DNA of 64,000 nucleotides. Origin: Candidatus Krumholzibacteriota bacterium (lineage in GTDB: Bacteria > Krumholzibacteriota > Krumholzibacteriia > JAJRXK01). How positions within the stretch are numbered: position 1 is the first letter of the stretch; each line of letters begins with the position of its first letter. The notes under the pieces were generated by a model. The model searched no databases, was not told the origin of the DNA, and worked only from the letters and a program-made list of their open reading frames with translations. Positions 50,292-59,101 of the stretch are shown here, one piece after another. The stretch is from positions 128,001 through 192,000 of the forward strand of contig CAVSGG010000017.1 in the NCBI GenBank assembly GCA_963727455.1, in the 5' to 3' direction. Both the position numbers and the translations under genes were made by a program.

Positions 50292-51907
50292 CGATGCACC
50301 TGAAAAAGCTCTGCTACGCGCTGGTGATTCTGATTTGTCTGGCCACGGTTCCCTTCGGCCAGGCGCGGGCACAGTGCATTCTTGCCAATCCCAGCTTCGA
50401 GCTGTCCGGATCGGGGGGGCATACCTTTGGCGGCTGGGAGCAGTTCGGCGCGGTAGGTTCCGTGACCGTCGCATCGCACGGTGCCAAAGCTGCGCGCGTC
50501 TCGGGTCCGAACTACGGAGGTTGGGACGTGTCCGCCTATTGGCAAAGCCAGGATTGCTCGGTGGGCGAGCAGTGGAAGGTCACGGGGCACGTCCTGGTGC
50601 CCTCCAGCAAGCCTCTGGTGGGAGATTGCATTGCACTGGTGAACGTCGAGTGGCGCGATTCGGGGGGCAACCTCATCGACTATGATTCCTTCACCGTGGC
50701 CGATGCCGGCTCTCCGACCGATACCTACCTGGATTTCGATGTGACGAGCGGTCCGGCGCCTTTGGGCACGGTCTCCGCCCGTCTGTTGCTGGGGGTTCTG
50801 CAGAGCCCCAGCGATCCGAGCCCTGACGTCTACTACGACCAGGTCACCTTCTTTTCGACTTCCTATCCGACGATCGACGATGTGCAGTGGAACGACTTTC
50901 CCGGCGGGAAAACCGTGAGCTTCGGCGGGTACACCTGGCGCGTCAAAGGGCCCGGATTCTACGGTCCCGGAGCCAATCTCTTCTGCGACTCGTCGGACTG
51001 CGTTTGGGTGGATGCGAGCGACCAACTTCATATCACGCTCAAGAACCGCAGCGGTTCCTGGTACAGCACCGAGGTCGTGAATGAACAGGCATTGGGCTAC
51101 GGGGACTACATTCTGACTACGGTGGGCCGTCTGGACCTCATCGATCCGCAGGCCGTGCTAGGGATCTTTTTGTGGCAGTACGGTCCCTGCTGGGATGAGG
51201 GCTATCTGTGGTGGAATCCCTTCAACGAAATCGACATCGAATACAGCCGCTGGCAGAACCCCTCAGCCGACATCGCCCAGTTCGTCGCGCAGCCTTTCGA
51301 CTATCCCGGCAACATTACGCGCTTCGACGCTAGCTTCACGGCAAATGAGGTCACCAGTCATGCGATGCGCTGGTTGCCCGACCGCGTAGAGTACCGCGTA
51401 TGGCGCGGAGGCCCACAGGACGAATCTCCGGCGAACCTTATCGCCTCGTGGACCTACACGGGGCCGCACATTCCCCGTCCGGAGCAGCCCCGCATGCACC
51501 TGAACCTGTGGAGAATCGACGGCACGCCGGCCTCGAACCAGGAAGTGATCTTCCAGGATTTCACTTTCATTCCCGAGGGGGGCGCCACCGCGGTGGAGGA
51601 GGGGACCTCCCGTTCGATTCCCTCGCACGCGGCAGCTCGTCTCTATCCCGCGGTTCCCAATCCTTTCAACCCCCAAACGACCCTGCGCTTCGAGCTGGCA
51701 AAGGACGGGCAGGTACAGCTGCAGGTCTTCGACCGCAGCGGCCGCCATGTGCGGACTCTGGAAAATCGCTACCTCACGGCGGGTGCGCACTGGGCCGTGT
51801 GGAACGGGAAGGACGATCAGGGCAGGGCGGTGGCTTCAGGGGTGTACTTCCTGCGCTTGAGCGGTGAGGGCTTTCAGGAGAGCCAGAGGGTGGCGCTGGT
51901 GAAGTAG
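50288..51907 (+). CDS. Secreted GH16-like endo-glucanase with N-terminal CBM-like domain and C-terminal FlgD-Ig-like domain
   Basis: Signal peptide; LANPSFE...YYDQVTF (CBM4-like); catalytic EIDIE; tail PNPFNPQTTLRF...WNGKD..G..VASGVYF. Confidence 0.85.
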   Translation: MTMHLKKLCYALVILICLATVPFGQARAQCILANPSFELSGSGGHTFGGWEQFGAVGSVTVASHGAKAARVSGPNYGGWDVSAYWQSQDCSVGEQWKVTGHVLVPSSKPLVGDCIALVNVEWRDSGGNLIDYDSFTVADAGSPTDTYLDFDVTSGPAPLGTVSARLLLGVLQSPSDPSPDVYYDQVTFFSTSYPTIDDVQWNDFPGGKTVSFGGYTWRVKGPGFYGPGANLFCDSSDCVWVDASDQLHITLKNRSGSWYSTEVVNEQALGYGDYILTTVGRLDLIDPQAVLGIFLWQYGPCWDEGYLWWNPFNEIDIEYSRWQNPSADIAQFVAQPFDYPGNITRFDASFTANEVTSHAMRWLPDRVEYRVWRGGPQDESPANLIASWTYTGPHIPRPEQPRMHLNLWRIDGTPASNQEVIFQDFTFIPEGGATAVEEGTSRSIPSHAAARLYPAVPNPFNPQTTLRFELAKDGQVQLQVFDRSGRHVRTLENRYLTAGAHWAVWNGKDDQGRAVASGVYFLRLSGEGFQESQRVALVK

Positions 51908-52000
51908 GGTCCTTGGCCAGGCCCTGCGGGGTGAGGGCTCTCCGGACAGTTCATGATCTCAAGGACAGAACCGACCCCACGATCTCAAGAGCAGAATAGA

Positions 52001-52039
52001 AAGGAAGAGGGGCCCGGAGATTCCGGACCCCTCTTTCTT
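52001..52039. terminator. Likely bidirectional intrinsic terminator
   Basis: AAGAGGGGCCCGGA-GAT-TCCGGACCCCTCTT hairpin between convergent genes, with purine- and pyrimidine-rich flanks. Confidence 0.7.
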
Positions 52040-52068
52040 CGCTGGAAACTCGATTCCAAATTTCAGGC

Positions 52069-52800
52069 TTAGCGATACAGCGCCTTGACCTTGCCCCAGC
52101 TGGAAGCCTGGGTGGGAATTGCACCGTTCATGTAGAAGCTCAGGTTATCGTAGAATATCCCCGAAGGTTCGTAGTTCGCGGCGCGGTTCGAGAAGCCGAA
52201 CTGCAGAACCTGGCCGGCCAGAGCCGGGTCGATCGCGATCGAAAGAGCGTAATCGCCCCAGGTGGTGGGAATACTGGTCATGTCGACCGTGATGTAATTC
52301 GTGGTCGCATAGCCGGCGCCCGGATCCAGGGTCTTGATGAAGGCCAGGGCAGTGGAAGCGCCGGCCAGATCTCCATGCTTGGCCTGGAAAGTGAAGTACC
52401 AGGTTTGGCCGACGTCGCCAGCACCGATTGTCTGCTCATGGAACACGTTGGATTCGATGATGTTGCCATTGGCGTGATCGCCATTGTTGTAGTCGCTGAA
52501 CACGGACAACTGCTGGACGCCCTGGGCAGCGCCACCCTGACCGTCCGCGATCGTGCAGAACGCGTAGGGGGGGCCACTGTTGGGGGCGGGATAGACACCG
52601 TAGCCGTAGAGGTAGCTGACACCGTCGGGGGCGAAGACGTTACCGAAGACCAGCCAGCCGTCGGCAGCAAGCGCGCCGGTATCGGTCAGACCGAGGCCCT
52701 CGAAATCTTGGCTGTAGCCCACCAGCTGAGCGCTCGCCAGCACCGGCACCAGGCAGATCAGCAACACGGCCGCGAAAATAGCAGTAGCTCGATTGATCAT
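52069..52800 (-). CDS. Secreted beta-sandwich protein (paralogue of 45788-46765) ending in SWGKVKALYR
   Basis: Signal peptide; YSQDFE...DGWLVFGNV...YLYGYG.YPAPN...FSDY.N.DHA...FYDN.SF shared with the paralogue. Confidence 0.88.
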   Translation of the reverse strand: MINRATAIFAAVLLICLVPVLASAQLVGYSQDFEGLGLTDTGALAADGWLVFGNVFAPDGVSYLYGYGVYPAPNSGPPYAFCTIADGQGGAAQGVQQLSVFSDYNNGDHANGNIIESNVFHEQTIGAGDVGQTWYFTFQAKHGDLAGASTALAFIKTLDPGAGYATTNYITVDMTSIPTTWGDYALSIAIDPALAGQVLQFGFSNRAANYEPSGIFYDNLSFYMNGAIPTQASSWGKVKALYR

Positions 52801-52914
52801 CTCGATATCCTCTCGTTAATGCGATCCTGTTTTCTTGCTACCGAAAGGCACTTGGAATCGGCGCAGTCTCCCCACAGCGGCAGTAGTGGCTGATTCCCGT
52901 ACCTCTAGTCTATA

Positions 52915-52937
52915 CTATGTTCGGTGACCGAATCAAG
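52915..52937. promoter_or_regulatory. Palindromic operator (site 3)
   Basis: CTATGTTCGGTGACCGAATCAAG, overlapping a possible minus-strand TTGATT-N18-TAGACT promoter. Confidence 0.65.
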
Positions 52938-52988
52938 TCGAAGATTGACCCGGAGCAGCAAAATCACGCAAACTGGCCCAAAATTCTG

Positions 52989-53036
52989 TTGACCGCTTCG
53001 CCGGCGAGGGGTACTTTGTTCGTATGTCGAACAAAG
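52989..53036 (+). promoter_or_regulatory. Sigma70-like promoter with perfect palindromic operator (site 4)
   Basis: TTGACC(52989)-N17-TACTTT; CTTTGTTCG-TATGT-CGAACAAAG at 53014-53036. Confidence 0.8.
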
Positions 53037-53092
53037 AAGCCGCTTCCCAAGCCTAGCCTCGGCAAGCCCAAGTTCCCCAACGAGATGGCGCC

Positions 53093-54565
53093 ATGAACCC
53101 AGCCGTGCACGCCAAGACAGCTCCGGAGGACCGGGTTCCTTTCCTGCAGCGACTGGCCTACGGCTCAGGCGCCTTCGTCAACAACCTGCTGGCCGCGGCG
53201 AGCGGCGGCATGATGATCGTGCTGAATCTGGGCTTGGGGATGAATCCCGGCCTGGTCGGCCTGCTAGGGGCTCTGCCTCGTCTCACCGACGCCTTTACCG
53301 ATCCCCTCATGGGATACATTTCGGACAACACCCACACCCGCTGGGGACGGCGGCGGCCCTATATTTTCAGCGGCGCCATCGCGGCGGGGGTGATCTTCGC
53401 TCTCCTATGGCAGTTGCCGCGGGGACAGAGCGAGACCTTCTACTTCGTCTTTTTCCTCGTCGGTTCGATTCTCTTCTACGCCGGCTACACGGTCTTCGCT
53501 ACCCCCTGGGTCGCTCTGGGCTACGAACTCACGCCGGACTACAATGAGCGCACGCGCCTCATGGGAACCCAGAATTTCATCGGTCAGCTCGCGTACGTCG
53601 TCTCGCCCTGGTTTCTGTGGATCATGAACTCCGGCAGGTTCTTCCCGGATCAGGTCTCTGGAGCGGCCGGACTGGCCATCATCGTCGCCGTGGTTGCCAT
53701 CGGCTTGGGAATTCTGCCGGCGATCTTTCTGCGGGAACGCATGAAGCAGGTGGCGGCGGAGGAAATGGACCTCAAGTCGGAGCCCGGGGCCAGCGGTCTC
53801 CTGCACAACATCAAGGAATTTTTGAGAGGTTCGAAGGTCACGCTTTCCAACGGGCCCTTCCTCAAGTTGTGTATGGCTACCTTTCTCGTCTTCAACGGTT
53901 TCATGCTCATCGCCTCCTTTCAGTATTACGTGATCATCTACTACGTCTGCGGTGGTGACCAGACCGCGGGCGCCAAGTACGCCGGCCTGGCCGGTACGGT
54001 GGGCGCGGTGTGCACTTTCGCCGTCGTGGCATTCGTCACCTGGCTCGGCACGCGGATCGGAAAGCGGCACACCTTCTTCCTTGCGATCGGACTCTCCATC
54101 ATCGGTTATGGTCTGAAGTGGGTTTGCTACAACCCCCAGATGCCTCTTCTGGTGGTTCTCCCCGCACCCCTGATGGCCTTCGGCTTGGGCGGGCTGTTCA
54201 CGCTGGTTCCCTCCATGATCGCCGACGTGGTCGACACCGATGAACTCACGACCCACGAACGACGCGAAGGGATGTTTGGCTCCATTTTCTGGTGGATGGT
54301 GAAACTGGGCATGGCCGCGGCGCTGGCGGGCGGCGGCTATCTCCTGAACGCCACCGGTTTCAACGTCGATCTGGGGGGAAATCAAGCCGCGCGGTCCATC
54401 ATCCTCTTGCGGCTGTGCGACGCGGGAATTCCCATGCTGACTTCGGCCCTGGCAATCTGGGCTGTGTCACGCTTCCCCATCTCCGAGGAGAAGGCCCTTC
54501 AAGTGCGCCAGGAGTTGGAACGTCGCCGAGGACGCGCGCCGGTGGTCGAGGCTCTGAAGGGATAG
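53093..54565 (+). CDS. MFS glycoside-pentoside-hexuronide (GPH) sugar:cation symporter
   Basis: DAFTDPLMGYISDNTHTRWGRRRPY, ELTPDYNERT and SMIADVVD.DE...RREG; about 12 TM. Confidence 0.93.
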   Translation: MNPAVHAKTAPEDRVPFLQRLAYGSGAFVNNLLAAASGGMMIVLNLGLGMNPGLVGLLGALPRLTDAFTDPLMGYISDNTHTRWGRRRPYIFSGAIAAGVIFALLWQLPRGQSETFYFVFFLVGSILFYAGYTVFATPWVALGYELTPDYNERTRLMGTQNFIGQLAYVVSPWFLWIMNSGRFFPDQVSGAAGLAIIVAVVAIGLGILPAIFLRERMKQVAAEEMDLKSEPGASGLLHNIKEFLRGSKVTLSNGPFLKLCMATFLVFNGFMLIASFQYYVIIYYVCGGDQTAGAKYAGLAGTVGAVCTFAVVAFVTWLGTRIGKRHTFFLAIGLSIIGYGLKWVCYNPQMPLLVVLPAPLMAFGLGGLFTLVPSMIADVVDTDELTTHERREGMFGSIFWWMVKLGMAAALAGGGYLLNATGFNVDLGGNQAARSIILLRLCDAGIPMLTSALAIWAVSRFPISEEKALQVRQELERRRGRAPVVEALKG

Positions 54566-54569
54566 GATC

Positions 54570-55565
54570 ATGCAGTTGCGCGGCGCAGTGCTTATCCTGC
54601 TCTTAGTCCTCTTCGCTGCTGGTCCCGTGGAGGCTACCCGCGGCGGAGCCGTGACCGGTTCACTTTCCCCAGGAGGAGAACCGTTTTCCATGCGCCCACT
54701 TCAGCTGAATCTACAGGGCATCTGGATCGGCAACGCGATCTGCTATAGCCCCTATCGCGACGGGCAGAACCCCGACGGCGCTTCCCCCAGCTCCGCGCAG
54801 CTTCGCGAGGATTTGCAGCTGATGCTGCCTCACTGGAATCTGCTGCGCACCTACGGGTCCTCGGGTTACGTCGAAGAGCTTCTCTCAATCATCCGAGAGG
54901 AAGAATTGCCCATGCGAGTCATGCTGGGGGTTTGGCTCACGCCGCGGGATTCAACGGCGAACGTGCGAGAGATCGACGAGTCGATTCGCCTGGCCAATGC
55001 GTTTCCTACGATTGTCATCGCGGTATGCGTGGGGAACGAAACGCGCGTCGCTTGGTCGGACCACCGTCTACCGGTGGAAGTTCTCGTTGATGCGATTCGT
55101 CGCGTGCGGGGAAGGGTCGAGGTCCCGGTGACCACCGCCGACGATTTCAAGTACTGGAATCAGGAGGAGAGTCGGAAAGTCGCGGGCGAGATCGATTTCC
55201 TCACCATGCACGCGCACCCTCTGTGGAATGGCATTCAACTTGAGGATGCTCTTCCGTGGCTGGAGCGCCAAGTGGACGCGGTGCAGGCGATACATCCCGA
55301 GAGCGTGATCGTGCTCGGGGAGACGGGGTGGGCCACCGACCACTCCGAAGAGGGGGAGCAGGGTGAACTGATCAAGGGCCAAACGGGGGCACGCCAACAG
55401 AAGCAGTTCTATGAAGCCACTCGTGACTGGGCCAAGCGCAAGACGATCCCGACCTTCATCTTCGAGGCCTTCGACGAGAACTGGAAGGGGGGCGATGATC
55501 CCCAGGAGGTAGAGAAGCATTGGGGTCTCTTCCGCGCGGATCGCACGCCAAAGAGCGAATTCTAG
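54570..55565 (+). CDS. GH17 beta-1,3-glucanase/glucosidase
   Basis: Signal peptide; ICYSPYR, LRTY, VGNE, LGETGW and FEAFDENWK...EKHWGLF. Confidence 0.9.
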   Translation: MQLRGAVLILLLVLFAAGPVEATRGGAVTGSLSPGGEPFSMRPLQLNLQGIWIGNAICYSPYRDGQNPDGASPSSAQLREDLQLMLPHWNLLRTYGSSGYVEELLSIIREEELPMRVMLGVWLTPRDSTANVREIDESIRLANAFPTIVIAVCVGNETRVAWSDHRLPVEVLVDAIRRVRGRVEVPVTTADDFKYWNQEESRKVAGEIDFLTMHAHPLWNGIQLEDALPWLERQVDAVQAIHPESVIVLGETGWATDHSEEGEQGELIKGQTGARQQKQFYEATRDWAKRKTIPTFIFEAFDENWKGGDDPQEVEKHWGLFRADRTPKSEF

Positions 55566-55710
55566 ATCCATCCAGGGCAGGTACGCCTCCTCGAGCGGGA
55601 AAACGCGCGCCTCGACCCTTCAGGGTGGATACTTAGTATCGATAGTAGTTTTCGCGACATTTTGGTCTCGTGTTCTTAACTAGTTCCAGAACTCCTTGTC
55701 GATGATAGAG

Positions 55711-55754
55711 TTGACAGATCGTCCGGAATCCTTTATTCCTTACTCTTCAAAGTA
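55711..55754 (+). promoter_or_regulatory. Putative promoter of the MarR-led operon
   Basis: TTGACA at 55711, weak -10 (TATTCC/T) about 17 nt downstream, in an AT-rich intergenic region with a TACT/AGTA-type pseudo-palindrome. Confidence 0.5.
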
Positions 55755-55833
55755 CTTAAGCCGGTCGCGCCCTCCTTTGGCCCTTGGCCGGGGGCGCGAG
55801 TGAGCGGGCCCCGACCTTCGAGAGAGCCGTCAG

Positions 55834-56391
55834 ATGTTGGACCTGAATCTGGAGGATCGGATCGTCGCGGCTCTCCGTCAGATCATGCGTGCGGTGGATT
55901 TGCACTCGCGGCGGCTGGTGGAGGTCTGTGGACTGACCGGCCCCCAGCTGGCGGTTCTGCAAGAAGCCAGGCGTTTGGGGCCGGTTTCGGCTACCACCCT
56001 GGCCCGTGCCGTTCATCTCAGCCTGCCCACCCTGGTGGGAATTTTGGGTCGGCTTGAATCGCGTGGACTCGTGCGACGTTCGCGCGATGCGACGGATCGC
56101 CGCTCGAAGAGCGTCAACATCACCGATGCGGGGCGCGATACGCTCGAGAAAGCGCCCTCGCTCCTGCAAGATCGCTTCCGCGCCGAGCTGGGACGTCTCG
56201 AGGAGTGGGAACGGTATCTGATGCTCAGCAATCTTCAGCGGATCGCCACCATCATGGGGGCGGAGAGCCTGGAGGCGGCTCCCCACCTGGTAGCGGACGG
56301 GCGCAGTCTGGATGCCGCTGCACACAAAGGTGAGGCTCCAGGCAACGCGATGCCACACGACGGAGACCTCAACTCGGAAAGAAGTCAATGA
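55834..56391 (+). CDS. MarR family regulator, CosR/EctR (osmolyte regulator)-like
   Basis: ALRQIMRAVDLHSRRL...GLTGPQL, DRR, APSLLQDRF...LEEWE and LQRIA.IM.AE.LEAAP closely follow the CosR/EctR pattern as recalled. Confidence 0.88.
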   Translation: MLDLNLEDRIVAALRQIMRAVDLHSRRLVEVCGLTGPQLAVLQEARRLGPVSATTLARAVHLSLPTLVGILGRLESRGLVRRSRDATDRRSKSVNITDAGRDTLEKAPSLLQDRFRAELGRLEEWERYLMLSNLQRIATIMGAESLEAAPHLVADGRSLDAAAHKGEAPGNAMPHDGDLNSERSQ

Positions 56392-57161
56392 TGGAAACAG
56401 CTGCAGGTCTAACGGCGGAGATGCAACCAGTCGCCCCGCCCGTTGCAATCCCCAAAACCCTGCGCGCTCCCCAGGACGGCGAGTACGTGGTTGCCAAACT
56501 CGATGGCCATTGGGAGGAAATCCGGATTCAGGATTACGCTCGCCTCTTCGAGGTTCCGGGACTCTACGAGCAGGTCGTATATGAAGCGCTCGAGTGCAGT
56601 TCGCCGCAGACGATCTCCTCACTGCTCGTGGAACGTCTGGAGGCCGACGGACGCTCCATGGAACAACTGAAGGTGCTCGATCTCGGCGCCGGGAACGGTT
56701 GCGTGGCCGAGGAACTGAGGGACCACGGTGCTCGTGAGTTTCTGGCGATCGACATCTGCCCCGAAGCGAAGGAAGCGGCCGACCGCGATCGGCCCGGCCT
56801 GTACGATTCTTATGTCATCGACGACTTGACCGCACCTCGGCCGTCCACCGTGACGACGCTGAAGCAGGCTCAGCCCAATTGCCTGTGTTGCGTGGCCGCC
56901 TTGGGCTTTCATGACATTCCCGCCGATGCTTTTGCCAACGCCCTCGATTTCGTGGAACCAGATGGATGGGTCGCATTCACGATCAAGTCCGATTTCGTCC
57001 AGAATGGCGACGCTTCGGGCTTCCGGCGACTCATTACGAAACTCATCGATACCGGCGAACTCGAGGTTGAACGGCGCCGGACCTACACGCATCGGCTCGC
57101 TACCGATGGGCGTCCGCTCGAGTATCTCGCCTACGTTGCTCGCAAGAGGGTCAACCCCTAG
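56388..57161 (+). CDS. Class I SAM-dependent methyltransferase
   Basis: KVLDLGAGNG, AIDI. ATGA overlap with the MarR gene. Confidence 0.88.
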   Translation: MMETAAGLTAEMQPVAPPVAIPKTLRAPQDGEYVVAKLDGHWEEIRIQDYARLFEVPGLYEQVVYEALECSSPQTISSLLVERLEADGRSMEQLKVLDLGAGNGCVAEELRDHGAREFLAIDICPEAKEAADRDRPGLYDSYVIDDLTAPRPSTVTTLKQAQPNCLCCVAALGFHDIPADAFANALDFVEPDGWVAFTIKSDFVQNGDASGFRRLITKLIDTGELEVERRRTYTHRLATDGRPLEYLAYVARKRVNP

Positions 57162-57224
57162 CAGTGGTCTCTTGGCGCAAGCCCAAGTCGGGAGTGATTC
57201 TCCATCGATTTTCACCGTGGCATA

Positions 57225-57668
57225 TTGCCTCTGTCGATCCTGTTGTGTCTCTGCTCGGCCCTCTCTGCGTTGGCCGCACAGGCGCCGCAGTTCGAAGAGT
57301 CCGAGATGAGTTCCGCTGAGGGCTACGCGATGATCCGCTGGGATCATCCTGACGAGTCCCTCGATGCACAGTTCCAACTGGTCGTCTTGGGTCCCGATAG
57401 TTTACGAATGACCTACGAAACGCCGGAGCAGAGCACCTTCCTTTCCGGGCTCTCCAATGGAGATTATGAATTGCGAGTGCGTCACCGCTCCGACTCCTCG
57501 GACGAGTGGGAGCAGTGGTCGCAGCCCATGACTTTGGAAGTCGAGCATCATCCTTTGGGGCTTGCCTTCGCCCTCTTCGTCGCGGGCGCCATCATGTTTC
57601 TTTCGATCGTCATCTTCCTGATTCGCCACGCCAACGACGCTCTGGAAGTCGAGAACGGAGCCGTCTGA
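57225..57668 (+). CDS. Small exported FN3-like domain protein with C-terminal TM helix
   Basis: IRW...FLSGLSNGDYELRVR...WS (FN3-like), then HHPLGLAFALFVAGAIMFLSIVIFLI. Start uncertain. Confidence 0.7.
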   Translation: MPLSILLCLCSALSALAAQAPQFEESEMSSAEGYAMIRWDHPDESLDAQFQLVVLGPDSLRMTYETPEQSTFLSGLSNGDYELRVRHRSDSSDEWEQWSQPMTLEVEHHPLGLAFALFVAGAIMFLSIVIFLIRHANDALEVENGAV

Positions 57669-59101
57669 TGATCATTCTGAGCACTACCCACGGCTGGCTG
57701 CTGTTGGCCGGTTTGGCCCTCTTATGGGTCGTCTTGGGCATCTATTGGGGACGCCGGGCCAAGTCGCTGGAAGGCTTCATGCTCGCCAACCGCAACGTGG
57801 GGCTCGCTCTGGGGACTGCCACCGCCGTCGCCACCTGGATCACTTCCAACACCACCATGCTGGCGCCGCAATTCGCGCTGCAGCTGGGGCTGTGGGGAAT
57901 CCTGGCTTACTGCACCGCCTCCATCGGCCTCTTTCTCTTTGCGCCCATGGCGCGGCGCATTCGCGAACTCATGCCGCATGGCTTCACCAGCACCGAGTTC
58001 GTTCGTCTCCGCTACGGGAAGACGGCATGGATCGTCTTCCTCATCATCTCCCTCTTCTATGCCATCACCTGGATGGTCAGCATGGGGATGGCGGGAGGAA
58101 TCCTGCTGGAATCTCTGGCTGGAATTCCCTATGCACAGGGCATGAGCGTAATTCTGGGGGTGTGTGTGTTGTACACGCTCTTCGGAGGGCTTTACGCCGT
58201 CATTGGTACGGACTTCATCCAGAGCCTCATCATCCTGGTGGGTACGGTGGCAGTGGCGATCACCGTGATTCAGCGCGTTCCCCTGCACGGCGTGTACGAC
58301 AATCTCGAGGCCCATCGCCCCGAGCTTCTGCGCGTTCTGTTTCCCGCGGCCATCATGGCGGTGTTCAACAATCTGCTCTTCGGTCTCGGCGAGGTGTTTC
58401 ACAGTAATGTCTGGTGGAGCCGCGCCTTTGCCATGCGCAAGGGTGTGGGGAAGAAGGCATACATCCTGGCCGGTTTGCTCTGGCTTCCCGTACCCATCGT
58501 GGCGGGTTTCTTGGGTCTCGCCGCGCCGGCTCTCGATATCGCGATTCCGCGTCCGGACATGGTGGGGCCGGTAGTCGCCGCGACCATTTTGGGCTACGCC
58601 GGCGCGGTCCTGGTGTTCGTGGTCGTGTTCTGTTCTTTGGCTTCGAGCATCGACAGTCTGCTGGCCGCGACTTCGGATCTGGTGACGAAGGACCTGGTCC
58701 AACCCATTTTCATGCCTGAGGCCGATGAGCGAAGGCTTCGAAGTGTCTCCACTTGGGTCGTCGTCGCGGTGGGCGCAATCACCTGGCTATTGTGCCTACC
58801 CAAGATGGGCACTCTGGCCAGCGTGCTCTTCTTCGCCGGACCGATGGTGGCGAGTACGATCTGGCCCATCCTCTATGGCCTGTATCGGCGCGATGCAACC
58901 GGCAAGGGCGCGGTGGCCGCGATGTCAGGGGGCACGATCGTCGGACTGGTAGCCTACTTCACTCTGGGCTGGTATACCGCCTCGCTCATCGGCACCGCGG
59001 TCTCCTTCACTCTCTTGGTGACGATCACCAAATTCGCACCCAGTCGCTTCGACTGGCGCAAACTCGACGCACGGCCCGAAAACGCGATGGAGGTGAGCTA
59101 G
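57668..59101 (+). CDS. Sodium:solute symporter (SSS) family transporter
   Basis: FMLANRNVG, ATWI, EFVRLRYG, YTLFGGLYAVIGTDFIQ and ASSIDSLL; about 13 TM; TGATG coupling. Confidence 0.92.
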   Translation: MIILSTTHGWLLLAGLALLWVVLGIYWGRRAKSLEGFMLANRNVGLALGTATAVATWITSNTTMLAPQFALQLGLWGILAYCTASIGLFLFAPMARRIRELMPHGFTSTEFVRLRYGKTAWIVFLIISLFYAITWMVSMGMAGGILLESLAGIPYAQGMSVILGVCVLYTLFGGLYAVIGTDFIQSLIILVGTVAVAITVIQRVPLHGVYDNLEAHRPELLRVLFPAAIMAVFNNLLFGLGEVFHSNVWWSRAFAMRKGVGKKAYILAGLLWLPVPIVAGFLGLAAPALDIAIPRPDMVGPVVAATILGYAGAVLVFVVVFCSLASSIDSLLAATSDLVTKDLVQPIFMPEADERRLRSVSTWVVVAVGAITWLLCLPKMGTLASVLFFAGPMVASTIWPILYGLYRRDATGKGAVAAMSGGTIVGLVAYFTLGWYTASLIGTAVSFTLLVTITKFAPSRFDWRKLDARPENAMEVS

